From an uncultured Chloroflexia bacterium (lineage in GTDB: Bacteria > Chloroflexota > Limnocylindria > Limnocylindrales > CSP1-4): a stretch of 64,000 bases of DNA. The notes below the pieces were generated by a model that worked only from the letters and a program-made list of their open reading frames with translations, searched no databases and was not told where the DNA came from. Positions 25,641-35,896 of the stretch are shown here, one piece after another. Positions within the stretch are counted from its first letter, which is position 1, and each line of letters begins with the position of its first letter. Where the stretch lies: positions 147,095 through 211,094 of the forward strand of contig CAWBHP010000004.1 in the NCBI GenBank assembly GCA_963788685.1, read 5' to 3'. The position numbers and the translations under genes are program-made.

Positions 25641-27080
25641 ATGGCTTCGACGACGCGGTCCACGGGTCTCCTCGCGCCACTGGTGGGCTTGGTGCGGACC
25701 GGCCGCGTTCGGGCGGCTCGCCTCGCGGAGGCGTCGTTCGATCGGATCGCTGAGGCCAGTGATCTCAACGCCGTGGTCGCGGTCCGGCGCGAAGAGGCGC
25801 TCGACGACGCCCGACGGGTCGACGCGGCGCTTGACCGAGGCGAGGATCCGGGTCCGCTCGCCGGTTTGCCACTGCTCGTCAAGGACATCGAAGACGCGGC
25901 CGGCCTCCCGACGACGTTCGGGTCGCTCCTCCACGAGCATGCACCCCCAGCGTCGCGCGACGGGGTCGTGGCCGGTCGCCTTCGCGCCGCTGGGGCGATC
26001 CTGGTCGGCAAGACGAACGTCCCCGAATTCGCGTTCGAGGGCTACACGGCGAACCGGCTGTTCGGGGCGACCGGGAACCCGTGGTCGCCAGCCCTCTCTG
26101 CTGGGGGCTCCTCGGGCGGCTCGGGCGCCGCGCTCGCCGCCGGGTTGGCGGCGATCGCCACCGCGACCGACATCGGAGGATCGGTCCGGATACCGGCCTC
26201 GCTCTGCGGCCTTGTCGGCCTGAAGCCGACCACCGGCCTGATCGGCCGCGACCCAATTCTGGCGTCCCTTGATTTGAACAGCCACGGCGTGCTTGCCTCG
26301 ACCGTCGCCGACACCCGACTTCTCCTGGAGATCCTCGTCGGGCCTGTCCCAGGCGACGTCGGCGCCCTGCCCCGCTGGCGGCCCGGTGAGCCTCGGATGC
26401 CGACTGTCCGGCTGTTGGCGACCGACCGACTCGTTCCCGCCAGCGGACCGAGCGCATCGATTGCCGCCGCCTTCGCAGCGGCGCTCCGGGCGTTGTCGGA
26501 CGCCTTTGGACAGCCGATCGAGCAGATCGATCCCAGTGCGGTCTTTCCGAGCGGCTATGAATCCGATGACTGGTTCCGAATCGTCGGCGTGGAGCAGGCG
26601 CACCTCCTGGGCCGCAGGCGGGTGGAGGACAACATTGACCGGTTCGATACCCGGTTCGGACGGGCCATGCTGACGGCGTTCGATATCCCGTTGAGCGAGC
26701 ATGTCGACGCCCGGCAGCGGCGCTACCGCTATGCGCGGGAGCTTGACGCACTAATCGGCGACGCGAGCGTCCTGATCACGCCAACACTCCTCGTCGACGG
26801 CTGGTCCGCTGTCGGCAGCCTCGACGACCGGCCCGAACCGGGCCTACCCAGCTGGGTCTACAACACCGAGCAGCCGAACCTCACCGGCCATCCGGCGATC
26901 TCGGTCCCGGCCGGGCTCCTTCCGAACGGCCTGCCGTTCGGGATCCAAATCATCGGGCCGCGCTTCGGGGACTCGACCCTGCTCGACCTGGCCGATCGCT
27001 GGGAGGCGGCTCAACCATGGCCCGTGGTCGCGCCCGGGTATCGGCCACTGGGCGCCGAATTCGAGCTGGAAGAGCATTGA
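25641..27080 (+). CDS. amidase (amidase-signature family), paralogue 1
   Basis: 479 aa. KDIEDAAGLPTTFGS...GGSSGGSGAALAAGLAAIATATDIGGSVRIPA. Confidence 0.9.
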   Translation: MASTTRSTGLLAPLVGLVRTGRVRAARLAEASFDRIAEASDLNAVVAVRREEALDDARRVDAALDRGEDPGPLAGLPLLVKDIEDAAGLPTTFGSLLHEHAPPASRDGVVAGRLRAAGAILVGKTNVPEFAFEGYTANRLFGATGNPWSPALSAGGSSGGSGAALAAGLAAIATATDIGGSVRIPASLCGLVGLKPTTGLIGRDPILASLDLNSHGVLASTVADTRLLLEILVGPVPGDVGALPRWRPGEPRMPTVRLLATDRLVPASGPSASIAAAFAAALRALSDAFGQPIEQIDPSAVFPSGYESDDWFRIVGVEQAHLLGRRRVEDNIDRFDTRFGRAMLTAFDIPLSEHVDARQRRYRYARELDALIGDASVLITPTLLVDGWSAVGSLDDRPEPGLPSWVYNTEQPNLTGHPAISVPAGLLPNGLPFGIQIIGPRFGDSTLLDLADRWEAAQPWPVVAPGYRPLGAEFELEEH

Positions 27081-27105
27081 GCCGTCGCCCTGGGCGCCAA
27101 CATTG

Positions 27106-27111
27106 CATAAT
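27106..27111 (+). promoter_or_regulatory. -10-like CATAAT, 5 nt before GTG 27117 (leaderless candidate)
   Basis: CATAAT-GCACC-GTG. It also shares the TAnnAT-GCAC pattern of the box sites. Confidence 0.4.
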
Positions 27112-27116
27112 GCACC

Positions 27117-28010
27117 GTGATCCCGAGGGTGTCGCCGAGGCCAAGCCCCTTCGTCACGACCCAGGAACGCGAGGTTGACCGCGTGCGATTGTTTCGAGAG
27201 GCCGGGGACAACGATCCGCTCGCGATCGATCCGTCGTTCTACGACCGAATCGCCGAGCGGGAGACGGAGCGGTCGCTGGCAAATCGGCTTGTCGTTCAGC
27301 CGCGTAGCGGGCTGGCCTGGGAGGTTCGGGCGGGCCAGGTCTGCCGGATCACGACGGTCGACGGACCGCAGGCCGGCGACCTCAACGTCTGGAACCTCGT
27401 CAACCCGCGGGAACGGTTCTGGGCGGCCCGCTCTCGTCAGCTGGAGGGCACCCACGTCACGACCCACAGCCGGCTCTGGTCGACGCGGCCCTACCATCGG
27501 CCGATGCTGACGATCATCCGCGACACCCTGCCAAGCGAGCCGTCGGCCCTTGGCGGACGGTGCCACGACCTACTCGGATCGGGCTGCGACCCGTTCATCT
27601 GGAAGCTCATGAACGGCGTCGACTTTGATCGCACGTGTTACGACAACCTGGCCAGGGCAATCGCCCCGTACCACCTGACGGAATTCGACGTTCATGACGT
27701 CGTGAACCTGTTCATGCGGACCGGGCTCCGGCCCGTGACGGGCATGTACTTCATGGAGCCGGTTCCGGCCAAGGCGGGTGACTTTGTCGAATTCCTCGCC
27801 GAGATCGACCTCCTGTGCGCCCTGTCGAGCTGCCCGGCGGGCGACATCTCGGTGCCTCACCTCGGACCGGACCACGGCGATGCCCAACCGACGTGTCGGC
27901 CGCTAGGGGTGGAGGTCTTCGACCTCGACACAGCCCTCCTGGAGGGATGGCGGTCGCCGGACTTCGTGGGGATGCCGCGGGCCGAAGTCGGTCGGAATCC
28001 GATCGCGTGA
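27117..28010 (+). CDS. DUF1989 (urea-carboxylase-associated) family protein
   Basis: 297 aa. VRAGQVCRITTVDGPQAGDLNVWN...RCHDLLGSGCDP...AGDFVEFLAEIDLLCALSSCP. Confidence 0.8.
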   Translation: MIPRVSPRPSPFVTTQEREVDRVRLFREAGDNDPLAIDPSFYDRIAERETERSLANRLVVQPRSGLAWEVRAGQVCRITTVDGPQAGDLNVWNLVNPRERFWAARSRQLEGTHVTTHSRLWSTRPYHRPMLTIIRDTLPSEPSALGGRCHDLLGSGCDPFIWKLMNGVDFDRTCYDNLARAIAPYHLTEFDVHDVVNLFMRTGLRPVTGMYFMEPVPAKAGDFVEFLAEIDLLCALSSCPAGDISVPHLGPDHGDAQPTCRPLGVEVFDLDTALLEGWRSPDFVGMPRAEVGRNPIA

Positions 28011-29275
28011 CTGCCGGTCCCGCCGAGCCCTCCATCGCCGACGCTGCCGCGGACTCCGGTCCACTCGCCGGTATCCGCGTGTTCGACCTGACGAGAGTCC
28101 TAGCGGGTCCGTTCTGCACGATGGTCATGGCCGACCTGGGAGCCGAGGTCATCAAGATCGAGGGGCCCGACAACCCCGACTACACGCGTAGCATTCCGCC
28201 GTTTGCCGGCGACATGAGCCACTACTTCATGGCCATCAATCGGAACAAGAAGAGCGTGTCGCTCGACCTGAAGTCCCCGGAGGGTCGCGCCGTCGGGCTG
28301 CGCCTCGCCCTCGCGTCCGACGTCGTCGTCGAGAACTTTCGTGCCGGCGTCCTCAAGCGGCTGGGCCTCGACTACGAGACGCTTCGATCGCACAAGCCCG
28401 GCATCATCGTCTGCTCGATCAGCGGGTACGGGCAGAGCGGGAGCATGTCCGGCAAGGCGTCAGTCGACTCGGTCGTCCAGGCGCTGAGCGGCGCGATGAG
28501 CGTCACTGGCTCCCCCGACGGACCACCCATGAAATTGGGACCGGCGTTCGGGGACCTGGCCGGCTCGATGTGGGCCGCGATCGGGGTGCTTGCCGCGCTC
28601 TATCGGCGATCAACGACTGGCCGCGGCGACCACATCGACGTCGGGCTGCTCGATGGCCTGATGGGAATGCTCGCGTACCTGGCGGAGATGTATCTCGTCA
28701 CGGGCATCAGCCCGAACCGTGTGGGCAACAACCATCCAACCGTGCCGGCATACGGGCTCTACGAGGTGGCGGACGGCGAGATCGTGCTGGCCGCACAGAT
28801 GGATGCGTTCTGGCAGAACTTCTGCCGCGCCAGCGGGCGGCCTGAACTTGCGGACGACCCTCGCTTCGCGACCGTCGGCGATCGCTCCAGGAACTACGCC
28901 GAGGTTGAACGGACGGTCTCCGAGATCATGCGCACGAAGCCAGTCGCAGAGTGGCGTCGTCTGCTCGACGAAGCCGACGTTCCAAACGCCCCGGTGCTGA
29001 CCGTCGGCGAGGCATTGGAGCAGCCCCACGCGGTCGAGCGCGGACTCCTGCGCGAGATCGACCAGCCGGGCGCCGGCCGGGTGAGGGTCCCTGGGCCGAC
29101 CGTGAAGTTCCTGGGCGACTCCGGAACACCCGAACTGCGGCATGCACCCGCCCTCGGCGAGCACACCCGGGAGGTCCTCCGCGACGTCATCGGACTGGCC
29201 CCGGCCGAGATCGATGGTCTGATCTCACGGGGACTGGCATTGCAGAGCCCCGACCACAAGGCTGCATCGGCGTGA
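28007..29275 (+). CDS. family III (CaiB/BaiF) CoA-transferase, paralogue 1
   Basis: GTG 28007 overlaps the upstream stop (GTGA). GIRVFDLTRVLAGPFCTMVMADLGAEVIKIE...AINRNKKS...ENFRAGV...SISGYGQSG. Confidence 0.85.
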   Translation: MTAGPAEPSIADAAADSGPLAGIRVFDLTRVLAGPFCTMVMADLGAEVIKIEGPDNPDYTRSIPPFAGDMSHYFMAINRNKKSVSLDLKSPEGRAVGLRLALASDVVVENFRAGVLKRLGLDYETLRSHKPGIIVCSISGYGQSGSMSGKASVDSVVQALSGAMSVTGSPDGPPMKLGPAFGDLAGSMWAAIGVLAALYRRSTTGRGDHIDVGLLDGLMGMLAYLAEMYLVTGISPNRVGNNHPTVPAYGLYEVADGEIVLAAQMDAFWQNFCRASGRPELADDPRFATVGDRSRNYAEVERTVSEIMRTKPVAEWRRLLDEADVPNAPVLTVGEALEQPHAVERGLLREIDQPGAGRVRVPGPTVKFLGDSGTPELRHAPALGEHTREVLRDVIGLAPAEIDGLISRGLALQSPDHKAASA

Positions 29276-29280
29276 GTGCC

Positions 29281-30301
29281 ATGGCAACCAACGAGTCGTG
29301 GGGTCCGACCCACCTGATCGCTCGCGGCCAGATTCAGCGTGCTGTCGACGCCTCCGATGCGTTCGACGTCGTGCAACGGGTCCTGGCGGAGCAGGCACGC
29401 GGTCGCGTGGCGATGCCGGCCAAGGTCACGATGAACCTCGCCGAGTTCGGGCTGAACGCCTGGAACACGGCCATGCCGGCGTACATCGAGTCGCTCGGCG
29501 CGTCGGGTTTCAAGTGGGTCGGTGGGTTCTCGGAGAATCGCCGCGAACACGACCTGCCGTTCCTGATCGCCATGATTCTCGTCCAGGATGCCCAGACCGG
29601 GTATCCGCTGGGGTTGCTGGACGGCGTACACATCACGAATCTGCGGACGGGGGCCGTGACGGCTCTCGCCGTCCAGAAGTACGCGCCGCCGGGCGCCAGG
29701 TCCCTGGCTCAGATCGGGACAGGCACCCAGGCTCGATTTGGCGTGGCCGCGATCAGGAACATCGTTGACCTCGAGGAGATTCGGGCCTTCGATATCGATC
29801 CGGATGCTGCGGCCACCTTCGCTCGGGAGATCACCGAAGCCCATGGGATCGCCGTTCGTATTTGCCCGGACCCGGAATCGGCGGTTCGAGGGGCCGAGAT
29901 CGTGATCACCGCGACGACCTCGGCGACGCCGATCGTTCAGCGCGCCTGGCTGGCCAAGGGGGTCACGGCGATCTCAATCGGCAGCCAGGGTCAGGAGTTC
30001 GACGATGAGACGGTGCTCGGGATTGACAAGCTGGTCTGCGATTTCGTGGGAACAGTGCACCCATCTCGGGGAGCTCCGTTCGTTTGCCGAGTCGGGCCGC
30101 CTGACACGGGCGGACGTGTTCGCGGAGATCGGTGAGACGATCGCCGGGATGAAGCCGGGCCGGGAGCGGCCCGATGAGTCCATCCTCGTCGTGCCGATCG
30201 GTATGGGCTCGCTCGATATCGCCCTCGCCCGGGTCGCCTATGACCGCGTTCTCGCGGCCGGCCCGGTCGAGACCTTCAGGTTCTTCCCGTCGGAGGAGTG
30301 A
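29281..30301 (+). pseudogene. ornithine cyclodeaminase/mu-crystallin family protein, apparent 1-nt insertion in GGG at ~30048
   Basis: MATNESWGPTHLIARGQI...HITNLRTGAVTALA...IGTGTQARF...DKLVCDF lies in one frame. EQCTHLGELRSFAESGRL...VVPIGMGSLDIALA lies in the +1 frame. Confidence 0.7.
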
Positions 30302-30344
30302 AGCTGCGGCAGAGCGCAGGTGCTGTTGACAAGGAGGATGCTCG

Positions 30345-31336
30345 ATGACACTCGGATGGGGCCTAATCGGCCTCGGGCGATCGGCCGACACTCTGGTTGC
30401 TCCGGCGATCGGGGCGGATTCGAACAGCCGCCTGGTCTCCGTCGTGAGTCGCGACGCCGACCGCGCCGCCGCATTCGCCGGGCGCCATGACGCGGCAACG
30501 GCCACGACGGACTTCGAGGCGCTGCTCGCCGATCCTGGCGTGGACGTGGTCGCGATCACGACGCCGAACGCCCTTCACCCAGACCAGGCGATCGCGGCGG
30601 CCCAGGCCGGGAAGCACGTGTTCTGCGATAAGCCGCTCGCGCCCGACGCCGCCACGGCCCAGCGAATTCTTGACGCCTGCGCCACGGCCGGCGTCAAGAT
30701 CGGCATGAACTTCCAGACCCGACACCACGCGTGCTTCCAGGAGGCGCGACAGATCATCGCGAGCGGCAGCATCGGCGACGTACTGTCCATCCAGGTGGAC
30801 GCAAGCCCAGGCGCCATCCCCCTCGGCGGATGGCGGGCAGACCCGGAACTGGCCGGACTCGGCGCCACGAACAACATCGCGGTCCACATCCATGACCTGC
30901 TCCGCTTCCTCGTCGGCGCGAGGTCACCGAGGTCGCGGCGATGTTCGATACCGGGCGAACCACCGAGCTCGAGCGGATGCCCCTGGTCCTGATGCGCTTC
31001 GCCAACGGAGCCCTGGCGTTTGCCAACGGCAACCAGCTCACCCCGAAGCCCCTCAACGACATCGTAATCCACGGCTCGACCGGCCGGATCGACGGGCGGG
31101 GTATCACTCGACCGGGCATGGAGGGCGACATGCGGGTCAGCACCGCCGATGGCGAAACGACGAAACACTACTCGTCGCATGACGCCTATGAGCGGACGAT
31201 CCGCGCCTTTTCCCAGGCCGTCATCGAGGGACGTGAGCCCGACCCGTCCGGTGTCGACGGGTTACGCAACGTCGAGTTGAGTGACGCGATTCGCCGCTCG
31301 GCGCTCGAAGGCCGGCTGATCGAGCTCTCGGCTTGA
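30345..31336 (+). pseudogene. Gfo/Idh/MocA family oxidoreductase, apparent 1-nt deletion at ~30920
   Basis: MTLGWGLIGLGRSADTLVAPAI...HVFCDKPLA...HIHDLLRFLVGA, then in the -1 frame EVTEVAAMFDTGRTTELERMPLVLMRF... Confidence 0.7.
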
Positions 31337-31343
31337 AGGCGCG

Positions 31344-32552
31344 CTAGCTCCCGGCTGCCTGGACAGGCGCGATCGACGAACGGCGTCGCCACACCCAGCT
31401 GAGGATCGTCGCGGTCAGGAGGACCCCGGCGACAGCGCCGAAGGCGACGCCGTAGCCATTCGTGAAGTCGATCAGCCCGCCGAACACGACGGGCCCCACC
31501 ATCAGGCCCAGGCTGAATCCCAGCATGACAATACCGGTCGCCCGGCCGGCGCTGCCCGTTGCGGCGAATGACATGACGGCCAGCGTGCTGACGGCGCCGA
31601 ACGACAGCTGGGACAACCCCCAGGCCACGGCTCCCAACCAGAGGAACGCGACGCCGACCACGCTTCCGGCCCAGAGCAGGATTGCCGCGACGACCCCGAG
31701 CGCCGAGAGAACGACGAACTGACCCGGGAGTGATCTGGCATGCTCGGCATGACGGCCCCAGAGGATTCGACCGGGGATGGCCACGAGCCCCATCACGGCC
31801 AGGATGTGGCCGGCCGTCACGAGGCTGACACCGCCTCCCTGTTGAGCGTAGAGAGGGAGGTAGGTCGCGACGCCGCCGCCCGACACGCCCATCAGCGTCG
31901 TATACGCCGCGAGCCACCACACGTCTCGCGGCATCGGCGCAGCACCGTCAGACGCCTTGACCTCCGCCGGGGGCGCATCGCCGCGTGGCAGCAGAACGAG
32001 CGTCGCAAGCACGGCAACCGCGGGCACAACAACAACGAGGGCCACGGTCCCGCGCCAGCCCAGGGTCACGGCCACAACGGGCAGCAGCGCTCCCGCCAGC
32101 ACGATGGCTCCCATCTCACCGGATTGCTTGACGCCGGTCAGGAGACCGCGCCGGCCTGCCCCGAGCGTGTCAAGGACCACGCGATTGGTTGCGGGGCTGG
32201 CGATGCCCTGGCTCAAGCCCCCGAGTGTCACCGCAACCATGAGGAACGCGAACGTCGGAGCGATCGCCATCGCGAGGAATCCCGCTCCTCCGAGCGCGAA
32301 CGTCAGGAGCAATGTGGAGCGGCCTCCTCGCCGATCCGCCAGGCGACCCAGCCAGATCGACGAGATGGCGCAGACACCAGAGATCCCTCCAACGGCCAGG
32401 CCCAGCTCGGCCCGGCTCATGCTGAGATCGCGGAGCAACGGGTCGGCCAGCACCCCCAGGCAGAAGCTGGGCAGGACGGACACGCCCATTGCGACCGCCA
32501 GGAGGCCGGTTACCCAGGCCCGATATCGGCCCGACGCGCCACGATCTGTCAT
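31344..32552 (-). CDS. MFS transporter (paralogue 1)
   Basis: 402 aa, about 12 TM segments. GRLADRRGGR motif between TM2 and TM3. Confidence 0.9.
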   Translation of the reverse strand: MTDRGASGRYRAWVTGLLAVAMGVSVLPSFCLGVLADPLLRDLSMSRAELGLAVGGISGVCAISSIWLGRLADRRGGRSTLLLTFALGGAGFLAMAIAPTFAFLMVAVTLGGLSQGIASPATNRVVLDTLGAGRRGLLTGVKQSGEMGAIVLAGALLPVVAVTLGWRGTVALVVVVPAVAVLATLVLLPRGDAPPAEVKASDGAAPMPRDVWWLAAYTTLMGVSGGGVATYLPLYAQQGGGVSLVTAGHILAVMGLVAIPGRILWGRHAEHARSLPGQFVVLSALGVVAAILLWAGSVVGVAFLWLGAVAWGLSQLSFGAVSTLAVMSFAATGSAGRATGIVMLGFSLGLMVGPVVFGGLIDFTNGYGVAFGAVAGVLLTATILSWVWRRRSSIAPVQAAGS

Positions 32553-32563
32553 CCGCGCTGAGC

Positions 32564-33835
32564 TCAGTCGCTCGTTCGCCGCAGGATGTAGAGCCCGTGG
32601 TTCTTGTCGGTGACGTAAATGAAGCCGCGCGCGTCGGCGAGGACGTCCTCGGATTGGGCAACCAACCTGCCGGCGGGCAGGACCCCCCGCCGTTCCAGGG
32701 GATCGGGTGGAACGAACGCGCCGATCTCGCGGGGTAGTCGCGGGTTGGATACGTCGTAGATCCGGAGCCCGGCGTTGAACCAGGTGAGCAACAGGAGATC
32801 CTCGCGCGCGAGTAGTGCCGGGTTTCCCTGGTGCTGGTGGAGGTTGTGCGGCCCGAAGCGACCGCCACGCTCGCAGAAGTCCCGGTAGGGTGCCCCGGCC
32901 GGCGGCACCGGCAGCGGCAGCATCGAAATGACTCGTGGCGCAGCCTCGTCGCTGACGTCGACGAGACCGGCGAAGCCCAGTGGCTCGTCACAGTCCTCCT
33001 CGATTGCCTCGGAATTGACGGCAACCAAGCCCCGACCGGTGAGTGGGACGGCAGTGTGGACCGCGATGACCGGATTGAAGGGCGGGGCGAAATCGAGCCG
33101 GCTGATGAGCCGTGGGCTTGCCGGATCCCCGATGTCGAGGATCACCAAGCCTGCGGCTCCGTACGCGAGATAGGCTCGGTCGGCCACGGCGTAGGCAGCG
33201 TGCAGGCTCGTTCCCTCCGCAACCCCGGTCTCGCCGCCAAGTCGCCATTGGCCAGGGACCCACCAACGCCCGATGACGCGGGTCCGCGACGGGTCGTCGA
33301 CGTCGACGATCTCGTAGATATGACCGTCGTATCCCGCGGCAGCCGTCGCGGCATGGACGTAGCGGCCGCCGTCGTGGAAATTCCGGTGAGTCCCATTGCC
33401 GCCAGTGGCATGGCGGCCGGTCTCGACCGGCAGTCGTGGATTCGTGACATCCCAGATCACGAACCCCTCGGCAAATGGGGCGTCGGGGTCTTCGCCCCAC
33501 CCGGTGTCGATCTTCTCGAGGGCGGTGATCATCCGGCCGCCGGCCACCTGGACCTGGATGGTCCACGTGTTCGATGGCCCCGCCAGGAAGGCCACCGATC
33601 GCGGGTCAGCCGGGTCGGTGACGTCGAGCACGGACCAGCCCCGATGCCACAGGTGACCCAGGTAGAGGTACCAGCGATCGTCGACGACCTGCATCGCGAG
33701 CTTGAATCCGGGCCGGCCATCGAGATCGTGGTAGGCGACGATCTCGACCTGGTCGAGGGCGTGGTCGCCAGGCGGCAGCGGCACCGTCCTCGGGGAGCCG
33801 CCGCTGATGTCCGCAGCCCGCCGGTCTTCGTTCAC
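32564..33835 (-). CDS. LVIVD-repeat beta-propeller protein
   Basis: 423 aa. Repeated G(L/V)x(I/V)xD(V/I)xxP blades: WSVLDVTDPADP, FVIWDVTNPRLP, YEIVDVDDPSRT, LVILDIGDPASP, LRIYDVSNPRLP. Confidence 0.75.
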   Translation of the reverse strand: MNEDRRAADISGGSPRTVPLPPGDHALDQVEIVAYHDLDGRPGFKLAMQVVDDRWYLYLGHLWHRGWSVLDVTDPADPRSVAFLAGPSNTWTIQVQVAGGRMITALEKIDTGWGEDPDAPFAEGFVIWDVTNPRLPVETGRHATGGNGTHRNFHDGGRYVHAATAAAGYDGHIYEIVDVDDPSRTRVIGRWWVPGQWRLGGETGVAEGTSLHAAYAVADRAYLAYGAAGLVILDIGDPASPRLISRLDFAPPFNPVIAVHTAVPLTGRGLVAVNSEAIEEDCDEPLGFAGLVDVSDEAAPRVISMLPLPVPPAGAPYRDFCERGGRFGPHNLHQHQGNPALLAREDLLLLTWFNAGLRIYDVSNPRLPREIGAFVPPDPLERRGVLPAGRLVAQSEDVLADARGFIYVTDKNHGLYILRRTSD

Positions 33836-34899
33836 TGCCAGGTCAGGGCGCCGCGGCCCACGAGGCTTCCCTCGCGAAGCCGGCGATGGATCTCGAGCAC
33901 CTCCGACGGACCGGTCGTGAGACCGATCACCGGCTTGATTCGGCCCGAAGCGACGAGATCGGCGGCAAACGCGACTTCCGCTCGGCTCGCGTATCGCGAG
34001 CCCAGGATCGACGCCTCATTCAGAACCAGCTCCTGCGGATCGAAGCTGGCAACCACGTCGGGGAACGTCGTCAGGATGACCACCCGGCCGCCCGGAGCGA
34101 CGCTCCTCGTCGCCCAGCCAAGGCTCCTTGGGCTGCCGACGAAGTCGACCACGACGGTTGGGCGGCCGCTCTGGAAGATCACTGGATCGAGTACGTCGAA
34201 GTCGTCGGACCGCACGCCGATCCCGCCCAGCGCCTCGATCGCGCCGAGCTTCTCATCCGACAGGTCCAGGCCCGCGACCTCGGCGCCGAACAGACGGGCG
34301 ACCTGGACGAGATGGATGCCAACGCCACCGCCTCCACCAATCACCGCGACCCGGTCACCGGGCCCGATGCCGGCCCGACTCCGGCAGATGTGGACGGGCG
34401 TGGCGACGGCGTCGGGCACGACCGTGGCGACGACCGGATCAAGACCGTCCGGAAGGACGATGAGGTTTCGCGAGGGCAAAGTGGCGAACGGCGCGTAGCC
34501 TCCGTCCACGTGCATCCCGATCACGCCCGCCAACCGTCGGCAGCGGCTGTCGTTGCCGGCGATGCATTCGGGGCAGGATCCGCAGACGAGATAGAAGTAC
34601 GCCCCAACCAGCCGCCCGAGCAGGGCCGGATCGACGCCTGCTCCGACCTCGGTAACCCGACCGATGAGCTCGTGGCCGGGGACTCGCGGCAGTGTGGAAC
34701 GCTCGTCGGCCAGGTCGCCGCGGATGCAGTTGAGGACCGTCAGACCAACGCTGCACGCCTCGACCGCGACCAGCGCCTCGCCCGGGCCGGGCGCGGCCAA
34801 TTCGAAGCGTTCCCACGTCGGGTCCGTGCCCCACTCTTGAACGCGGTATCCCTCCTGGACAATCGGATCGCCTGTCCTTCGCTCGCTGTTGCTAGACAT
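33832..34899 (-). CDS. zinc-dependent alcohol dehydrogenase family protein
   Basis: 355 aa. VPGHELIGRV, CGSCPECIAGNDSRC and VIGGGGGVGIHLVQ. 4-nt overlap with the downstream gene. Confidence 0.85.
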   Translation of the reverse strand: MSSNSERRTGDPIVQEGYRVQEWGTDPTWERFELAAPGPGEALVAVEACSVGLTVLNCIRGDLADERSTLPRVPGHELIGRVTEVGAGVDPALLGRLVGAYFYLVCGSCPECIAGNDSRCRRLAGVIGMHVDGGYAPFATLPSRNLIVLPDGLDPVVATVVPDAVATPVHICRSRAGIGPGDRVAVIGGGGGVGIHLVQVARLFGAEVAGLDLSDEKLGAIEALGGIGVRSDDFDVLDPVIFQSGRPTVVVDFVGSPRSLGWATRSVAPGGRVVILTTFPDVVASFDPQELVLNEASILGSRYASRAEVAFAADLVASGRIKPVIGLTTGPSEVLEIHRRLREGSLVGRGALTWQ

Positions 34900-35896
34900 C
34901 GAGGGTGACCTTCAGGGTGCTCGAATCGGCCACGTCGCTGAAGGCCGAAGCGGCATCGTCGAGCGGAAAGGACCGGGCCCACAGCGGTGCGAGATCGACC
35001 TCACCCGCCGCGGCAAGGCCGATCGCCCGATCGTAGTCCCGCGGAAGCGCGGCCCGCGGATTCAGAATTCGCAGCTCCTTGTAGTAGAGCTGATAGAGCG
35101 GCAGTTCGTCGGCGCGCGTAGCGGTGATCGTCCCGAACACGACGATCGTGCCGCCGATCGCGGCTACCCGGATGGCCTGGGCCAGCGTGGGCACGCTGCC
35201 GACGGCCTCGATCACGAGCGGCACACCACGACCGCCGGTCAGGTCGGCGACCAGCGCTTCGGCGTCATCCGGCGCGGCCACATCCGAGGCGCCGAGCCTG
35301 AGGGCGAGCTCGCGCTTGGCAGCCGAACGAGTCACGCCGATCACCCGGCGGATTCCGCGTGCCCGGAGCAGCTGGACATGGAGCAGTCCGGTGACGCCCA
35401 GGCCGATGACAGCGGCCGTATCGGGCGGTCTGAGATCGACATCGGCCTGGGCATGGACGCACGTCCCGAGGACCTGGAGGAGCGCCGCGGCATGTGGTTC
35501 GATCAATTCGGGCACGACGTGCAGGCTGAGCTCGTCGACGGCGACCCGCTCTGCGAACACGCCGTCCATGTCGCGGCCGAGCAGCGCACCGTTGCGGCAC
35601 ACATTCGGTCGGCCGGCCCGACACAGGTCGCAGTGACCGCAGGCCACGGCCGGATCGACCAGGACCCGGGTGCCCGCCGGCACGATCGCGCGCGGTCCGG
35701 CTCGGGCCACCCGTCCGATCAGCTCATGGCCAAGAACGCGCGGGTACTCGACTGCGATGTCGCCCTTGACGATCTTGACGTCCGTCCCGCAGATCCCCAC
35801 GAGCTCAAGTTCGACGAGCGCCGCTCCGCTGGCATCGGGCTCGGGGAGGTCGTGCACCCGAACCGTGTTGGGCGCGGTCAGGACGACGGCTCTCAT
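34892..35896 (-). CDS. zinc-dependent alcohol/threonine dehydrogenase family protein
   Basis: 334 aa. GICGTDVKIVKG, LGHELIGRV, CGHCDLCRAGRPNVC and VIGLGVTGLLHVQ. Confidence 0.85.
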   Translation of the reverse strand: MRAVVLTAPNTVRVHDLPEPDASGAALVELELVGICGTDVKIVKGDIAVEYPRVLGHELIGRVARAGPRAIVPAGTRVLVDPAVACGHCDLCRAGRPNVCRNGALLGRDMDGVFAERVAVDELSLHVVPELIEPHAAALLQVLGTCVHAQADVDLRPPDTAAVIGLGVTGLLHVQLLRARGIRRVIGVTRSAAKRELALRLGASDVAAPDDAEALVADLTGGRGVPLVIEAVGSVPTLAQAIRVAAIGGTIVVFGTITATRADELPLYQLYYKELRILNPRAALPRDYDRAIGLAAAGEVDLAPLWARSFPLDDAASAFSDVADSSTLKVTLDV

